From assembly GCF_009914755.1 (NCBI RefSeq), contig NC_060937.1: a DNA stretch of 64,000 nucleotides; one strand, given 5' to 3'. The notes under the pieces were generated by a model. The model searched no databases. It was not told the DNA's origin and was given only the letters and a program-made list of their open reading frames with translations. A program made the position numbers and the translations under genes. Positions 56,811-64,000 of this stretch are shown piece after piece. Positions within the stretch are counted from its first letter, which is position 1. Each line of letters opens with the position of its first letter. The DNA is from the human T2T-CHM13v2.0 reference genome, Homo sapiens.

Positions 56811-58008
56811 CTAGCAAAAGCTGTTTAATACACTGGTCCTTTACAGTATCCAGCACAGATTTCTGTCTCAAATTTCAGTAATAAATATCCAAAATCTTGC
56901 TTTTTAGTTACTTGACCCTTCAAATGAAATATATAACTTAAGAAAAACTCATCCATTTCCCCTAAAAAGAAAGCACAATCACCTATACAATCTTTTGCTT
57001 ATTGTGGTAATACCATCCAGTTATCATGCAAACCAAAAATCTGGGATTAATTCTCAACCCCTCTTTCTACTTTTCTCTCAGATATCACAAACTGTTTATA
57101 TTACCCTTTAAAATTGTCTTAAATCTATCACTTCAAATTCTACTAGAGTTTCTGAGCTTATTCTCTCATACATGGGCAGTTAACTTCATATATTAGATAA
57201 TTCTACTCTTTTCTCAGAGCCATTATTACCACATTCTATTCCTCAGAGGGTTTATTCTCATTTTCTTTTAAAGTCTCCTTCTCTGTTGCTTGTCACATTA
57301 AATTCAGTAATCTCTAGATTTTTTTTCCTCAGCCCTAGTATTTTATTACTATGCACTTGATTACTGGGTGGTTTTACTTACTTCTATAGTAACCACCATA
57401 TTTCATACTCTTTCTACCTTCTATTTGATACTCAGGAACCAAATAGATACTGATAACAAAGGATCTTTCACTATCTAGACTTGCTGTACAAAGTCTCACT
57501 ATTTAATCTATTTAAAGAGAAACTCAGAAACTGTGATTCAGATAGCTATAGTATCTTAAAAATGTTTAGGTGCAAACTCACTTTTAGCTATTTATGCAGT
57601 TTTAGCTTGAATGGCTGCAGGCAACTTTAATCTGTTATATTCCAAAATTGGTTCATCTCACTTAATTTTCTATCTGCTTATCTTTTATCCTCCTCATTCC
57701 AACTAATCTTGTAAATTAATGCACTTTTAGCCATCCTGTTAATAACGTTAAAAGATTTACAATTATTATCTGTTCCTTCTCAACCTCAATATTCAGCTTT
57801 TTTATTGAATCGTTCTTATTGAACCTTTTTAATCATTCTGAATTTGTCTGTGTTCATTATGCCTATTATCAGTTTCAGTAAGGTTCCTAAATGTTCCTTT
57901 ATCTATATTTCGTGAGACTGAGGTCCTTAATGTGTTTTAGGAAAACCCTAGTTCCTTAACTTAGACTGAAAGAATCTCAATTCATAACCTGGCCCCACTT
58001 TACTTCCT

Positions 58009-58186
58009 TTCTTTCTTCCTTTTTTTTTTTTTTTTGACCGGAGTCTTGCTCTGTCGCCCAGACTGGAGGGCAGTGGCACGATCTCTGCTTACTGCAAGCT
58101 CCGCCTTCCGGGTACATTCCATTCTTCTGCCTCAGCCTTCCGAGTAACTGGGACTATAGGTGTGTGCCACCAAGCCAGGCTAATTT
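58009..58186 (-). mobile_element. Alu right arm only (AluY-like), 5'-truncated
   Basis: actgcaagctccgcc variant; TSD cccactttacttcct (57994-58008) / cccaccttactttct (58187-58201). Confidence 0.88.
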
Positions 58187-58344
58187 CCCACCTTACTTTC
58201 TAACATCTTCAATCACTTCACACCATAACCAATCAAAATTTTGTTCTTTGCTGACACTGGTTCCTTATGCTATCTCATAAAAAAATAGTTTTCTTGACAT
58301 GGTTAACTAATTCATTTTTCTTGTCATGCATCAAATGTTGGCTT

Positions 58345-60520
58345 GGCTGAATCACTTTAGTTACGATGTTTTCCTTGCATTCACTTCTTTTTATTTGCTT
58401 TGGGTTATTTGCTGCTTTTCTATTACATCTTAAAAGATTCATAATTAATGGCATTTTATCCTTTATTTTTCTCTAATACAATAATTTATGGCTGTAATTT
58501 TGCCTCTAAGCATGGCACTAGTTGTGAGACACATTTTTATATCTATTAATTTTATTATCCTACAATACAATATATTGTCTAATTTGTATTATATTTTTCT
58601 CATTTGTCTATCGTGTAGTATATTTGGCCCATTTATCCTTTTAAAATAATAATTCTGTGTTAAATAATGCTATGTTGATGAAAATACTATGTATCTTTTT
58701 AACATTTTTATATTTTTGAGGCTTTTTGGCATATATCAATTTTGTAATTGTTTAATGTGTGCTTGAAAAGAGACCATGTTTTACAACTTAAGTATTCTGT
58801 ATATTTTAATAAGATCAAATAGTTAATTGTATTGCCTAAGTCTTTTACATTTTTGACTTAATTTTATTTTTGCTCTGCATGATCCAACATTTACTAAGAA
58901 AAGTGTTAAAAATCTCCTACAATTATGGTATAGTTGTCATTCTGCCCTTGAAGAGGCTTCAATTGGGGTGCCATATACATATATATATATATTTGAAGTT
59001 ATATTATTATATATGCAGCAATTTTGGACTGTCATATTTCTAATAAATTGCAACTGTATTATTATATATCTGTCATTTTTCTCTAAGCATTTTTTATTTT
59101 AGAATCTATGTTTTTCTGAGATGAAAGCTATAAACAGCTTTATTTTGTTACATTTTGCAAAATATGCATTTTTATTTTTATATTTTAGACATGGTACTTA
59201 TGAACAACATACAATTATTTTTTTCTTGTTTTATAATTGGAAACTTTTACATTTAATAGTTTTCTAATATAATTGGTCTTAAATCTACCATACTACTTTT
59301 TTTCCTTATTGTCTTTGTTTGTTCTATGTTACTTTTTCTCTCCCTTTGTGGAGAGAATTCTAAAATAACCCAAAAGACTCCCATTCCTTAATGTACTTGC
59401 CTTATATAATCCCCTTCCCTCGAGTATAGGGCAAGCCAGTGAATATGATGAGATAGATATCCCTCCTATGATAAGATTATGGTTTAGTCAATTTTTAGTT
59501 AGTCAAAAGAGATTATTCTGGGTTGGCTTGACATAATCAGATGAACCTTTTAAAAAACAGATGAAACATGAAGAAAATGTCTTCTACTGGCCTTGATGGA
59601 GGAAACTCACCACATTATGAAGACAGTTCCATGGTAGGGGCCCAAGAATGGCTTCTAGAGGTAAGAGTAATCCCTGGCCAACATATAGAAAGAAAATAGA
59701 CACTTTATTCATATAGCCATCATGAAATTAATCTTGCAATAATCTGAGGGATCGTGGAAGAAGACCTCTCCCTGGGTGAGTTTCTGTAGACTGTTCTTTG
59801 CTGATACTGGTTATGTATCTGTTTAAATGTGCATCTGATCAATGCCTTGATTTCAGTCTTAGGAGACGAACAGAGAATCCATCCAGAACATGTTAGATTT
59901 CTGAACCACAGAAACTTGAGATAATACATTTTATGTTTTAAATTTCTAAGTTCGTGTTCTGTGACAACAGAAAACTTACAGACTTCTATTGACTGCTATT
60001 GAATTGACTGGTGCTATTTTCATTTTAATTATTCATTTGTGTACACTACCAACTTCATAATTATGTCATATTTTAAACATATTTTTACTGCCTACCATTA
60101 AGATTACTTCATACATGTGTGGCTTATCAATAATATTATTTCAAACTTTTAGAATCCTCGTGTTCCATTTAGGACCTTATAACACATAATATGAATGCTC
60201 CCTCATGGAATATTTTTCAAGTATATCAACTCAATATTATTTGAACTGTAGAAAATATTATTTTGATGCTGTAAATATTTACCTAGATTTTCCCACTTAA
60301 TTTTACTTTCATTCTTCTCGTTCCTTCCTACCTATAAACCTCCATCTGAAATCAGTATCTTCTGTAATAAGAGCATGATTTACTATTCTCTTTAGTTGAC
60401 TCCTGCATGTGACAATCTTTCAGCTTTAGTCTTTCTAAAAATGTATTTATTTCAACCTCATCACTTAGGATATATTTGATGGATGTAAAATTCCAGTGTG
60501 GCCAAATTTGCAGGCCTCCA
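58345..60520 (-). mobile_element. Ancient L1M fragment (EN/ORF1 region) interrupted by an MLT1E
   Basis: gtgttaaaatctcctacaattatggta is the antisense of an I-V-G-D-F-N-T-like EN segment; T-rich degraded L1 pattern. Confidence 0.6.
59347..59980 (+). mobile_element. MLT1E-like MaLR LTR
   Basis: tgtggagagaattctaaaataacc...taatccccttccctcgagt...gagattattctgggttggcttgacataatcag...acagaaacttgagataata. Confidence 0.82.
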
Positions 60521-61759
60521 TTTTCTGTCTTGCCTCATTAGTCTGGCAAAAGATCTCCTCAGGTTCACAATCTTTCAGCTGCCTATGGATGCATGGCCAA
60601 ATCCATCAGGAAAAGATGGCCTCAAATAATGACTTCAATTGTCTGAATTTTATTCTTTTTTGGAACTCTTCTTAAAACATTGATTTTTAGCTTTGTCACC
60701 AATGAAATTATTTTGAATACTTTGTTCTGATTTTCTGAATGTTCTTTGGAAAAAAGAATTGTTCAAAATTACCTAAACCATCCTAATATTTAAAAAAAGA
60801 CTCCTTACAAATATTAAGACAATTACTTAAACAGACAGTTCCAATAATCTGAAATCAAAGTCCTGGTATTCGGATTGATTAGATCAAGTGAAAGAGGATT
60901 GTGTAAAACATCTTTTATGAGTTAGATCTAACTCATTTGTCATTTTATCCATTGTTCTTCACCTACTAGATGTATCAAAAATATTAATATAATAGTATTT
61001 GGATATTTTGAATATTGTTTTGTACTTAGTTAATTCATGTATCTAACCCTTGCACCAAAAATTATTCTACATTTCTTTTATCTACAATTATCTATATTGT
61101 ATGATTGATTGCAATATTGGAATTTCTGCAACCTCTCTAGAATAGATAGAGTCAATCTACTATAAAAACCAAAAGCATCACATGAAAGTTATTCAGAATA
61201 CAGTTATTTTCACAAAGCTCTGTAAGATATACTTCCTACCAGGATATTGATAGAATCTGATTTTGAGAATATTTACTTTTATTTACCTCATTTCATATAT
61301 GTAAATATATTACTAGATTTGTTTTTCTTTACCAGCTCATCCAGCTGTAGTCAATACTCCTTTCTACACCCAAGTTCAGCCTCATGTAATTTTAAAACCA
61401 TCTTATAAAGACTGCCTCAATCTACTACTTGGTTTGTTTTGAAATAAGTATAGTGACCATAAAATGTGTGTCTACTGTGGTGTCGGTGCTGTGATGTCCA
61501 CTCATTCTCTGTGCCTCTATATACCTTACCACACACAGATGCTTTCCCTCACTCATCACATCAGATGCCAGAATGACTGCTTTAACTCTTAGATATTATT
61601 CTAACTCCACATGAGGTATGAGTAAAAATTTCTTAGTGGGCACCTTGCCACTTTCTTTTGTTTTAGGTTATCCTTAATCTTGTCAATATAGTTTACTTCT
61701 TTCAACTTAGCCATTGGCTGAACTATTGTTAAAAATGTACTTAGTAAACAGAGCCATGT

Positions 61760-61990
61760 GACCTCTAATCCTTTTGCTTGGTATATTACTGCAAACTGTA
61801 TTGCCAGACCCCCAACTAAACAGTACAATTAATTAGAGAAAATTATTTAACTATTCCTCTCTAAAACTGGGAGAACAAGAGAACTTCGCAGTATTGTTGG
61901 AAATTCTAAATAATATGCGTCATGAAAGAGCTTACAACAGTGCTGTGACCTAATGATTATTCATGCAATTATCATTTTTATATTATTATA
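61760..61990 (+). mobile_element. MIR fragment
   Basis: ttatttaac...ctctctaaaactggga...gaaagagcttacaacagtgc. Confidence 0.5.
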
Positions 61991-62405
61991 TTTCAGCAGC
62001 ATTATCATGATTATATTCTTATGTTGGTAAATACACATTTGCTCGTTTGTTTTTTCTAATTTTGCATATGGTGTTCATATCTAGAAAGAAATCATTGGAG
62101 AATTATCATATTGTAAAAATGTTAGCTACAAAATATATTTATTGCACACATGAATGAGGGAAATATTCCAGAAGTCACTCACAACATGGCAATATTTTTT
62201 GCTTTGCAAAATATATTTTTAAATACTTTGGGTAAAGCTGTTATTTTGGGGTTGTGTTAGTTTGCTTGTATCTTAGGCCAAATGGCCAAAGAATAAAAAG
62301 AAAAGAAAAGAAAAAAAAAACAGTAAACAAGTGGCAGCACATGTTCATAAAATTTTTAAGTAAATAATGTATGATTTTGTTCATGCTTTAAAAATTCAAA
62401 TTTCT

Positions 62406-62704
62406 GGTTGGGTGCAGTGGCTCACACCTGTAATCCCAGCACTTTGGGAGGCCGAAGCAGGTGGATCACCTGAGGTCAGGAGTTCAAGACCAGCCTGGCC
62501 AACATGGTGAGACCCTGTCTCTACTAAAAATACAAAAAACACTATCTGGGTTTGGTGGCGTGTGCCTGTAATCTCAGTTACTTGGGAGGCTGAGACAAGA
62601 GAATCACTTGAACTTGGGAGGTGGAGGTTGCAGTGAGCTGAGATTGTGCCACTGCACTTCAGCCTGGGCAACAGAGCAAGACTCTGTCTCAAAAAAAAAA
62701 AAAA
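62406..62704 (+). mobile_element. AluSx/Sz
   Basis: Full dimer with ggatcacctgaggtcaggagttcaagaccagcc; A tail; imperfect TSD aaattcaaatttct / aaatccagtttct. Confidence 0.95.
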
Positions 62705-63726
62705 TCCAGTTTCTATGAAGTTGTCTAATAATATCCAATCTCTATATTGTAACACAATAATCTGAGCTCTAAGTAACCGTGAGTAGAATTATTGAATGTT
62801 AATTTGAGAGATCATTTAAAAAAATTTTTGGATATCTGTCTAAAAATATGAATTCATACCTCAATAAGAATACATAGCTCAGTATTACTTATCTTACTCT
62901 TTTCTAGTGTGTGTCTTCTCATGCCAAGATTGGATAAAGGTAGTATACATAGAGAAAAACAAATCAACAAGTAACAACTTTCCTTTACAATGGTTCACCT
63001 CTACTATATTTTTGTCAAAATTGATATTAATTTTACTTTAATAAAAGAAGCTAAGTATATAGTGTATTTGAATGTATGCATGTTTATGTGTAGTGAGTGC
63101 AGAATAGTGAAGGTGTATGAAATCCCTAGGAAAAGAAGATTAAAAGGCATATTTATACACTATTATACTCTGTACCTTAGAACATGCTTCTTTACTTTTT
63201 GCTTTTTGACCCAAGTAATAATACAAACTATCTATCGTCCAGAACTTTTACAGAAAATTTGCTAGGAAGCCTGAACATCTGAATATATTAATTACAATTA
63301 ATATAGCAGTATTTTATATATTATGTTTTCCACTGTACAGATAAAAGTTTAAGTTTGAAAAATGCTATACAAATTATCAAAGGAGGCAGTGATTATAAGT
63401 GATATAGCAAGGGTTTAAACTTACATCTACAGTATATAATTCTGCAGTGAATTATAATTTTTATTAAAAGGTGCTATTAGAGATTTATTTATAATTTAGT
63501 AAACAAACAACAAATTAATGGGCTCAAAATATATTACATAATCTCTAGTGAGCCATTTTATCAAATGATCTGTTGAAAACTCTTGAAAGCCTCCATATGT
63601 GGAAATAAAGCTGAGTTTATGACAATTAATTTTCAACATATCATTCATTATTGCATATTATTTTTGCCATAAATCTAATTACATATTTTTATTTAACTCT
63701 ACAAGGATGGATGCATATACTAAAAT

Positions 63727-64000
63727 ATGTAGTTTTTGAGAACCGCTCATTTTGGTATATGCATCCTTGTGTAGTGAACTCACATATCAGCTCATCTTGG
63801 TCATGTGATTTGTTTAATCAAGGTGGCATTAGCAAGAATGATACAAACAGAGGCTTTATAACTGCCTGCACATTGTAGTTTGTACTCTGAGTGCTCTTTT
63901 GGATCTCCAAATTACCATGTGTAGATTTCCAACAACCCTGTTGGAGAATCCACATGTAGAAAATAGATCCTCAGTTAGACCCCAAATCTTCCAGCCATCT
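63727..64000 (+). mobile_element. MLT1 (G/H-type) LTR, running off the window end
   Basis: catccttgtgtagt...ttggtcatgtgatttgtttaatcaa...cattagcaagaatgatacaaacagaggcttt. Confidence 0.65.

Overview
AT-rich primate (very probably human) non-coding DNA, either intergenic or deep intronic. I see no credible host exon, RNA gene or CpG-island promoter. The ORF track is explained by Alu, L1, LTR and microsatellite sequence, and only the broken L1 ORF1/ORF2 remnants resemble real proteins. The window holds about 14 Alu-family elements, a 5.7-kb L1PA nested in an older L1MC, other L1/L2/MIR fragments, MaLR and ERV1 LTRs (THE1, MST, MLT1, MER52, MER67) and DNA-transposon relics (MER85, MER47B, MER5). 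I find no evidence of a new gene system. The most unusual signal is a set of local template-switch scars: a 94-bp inverted copy next to a fold-back hairpin, a ~149-bp templated insertion inside an L1, a quasi-palindrome correction, a serial-slippage duplication and a four-fragment repeat chimera. A MER85 keeps its CSB-PGBD3 palindrome, and a THE1 fragment carries an orientation-flipped DUX4-type motif. Repeat family names come from my recollection of consensus sequences, not from a database search, and boundaries of old elements are approximate.
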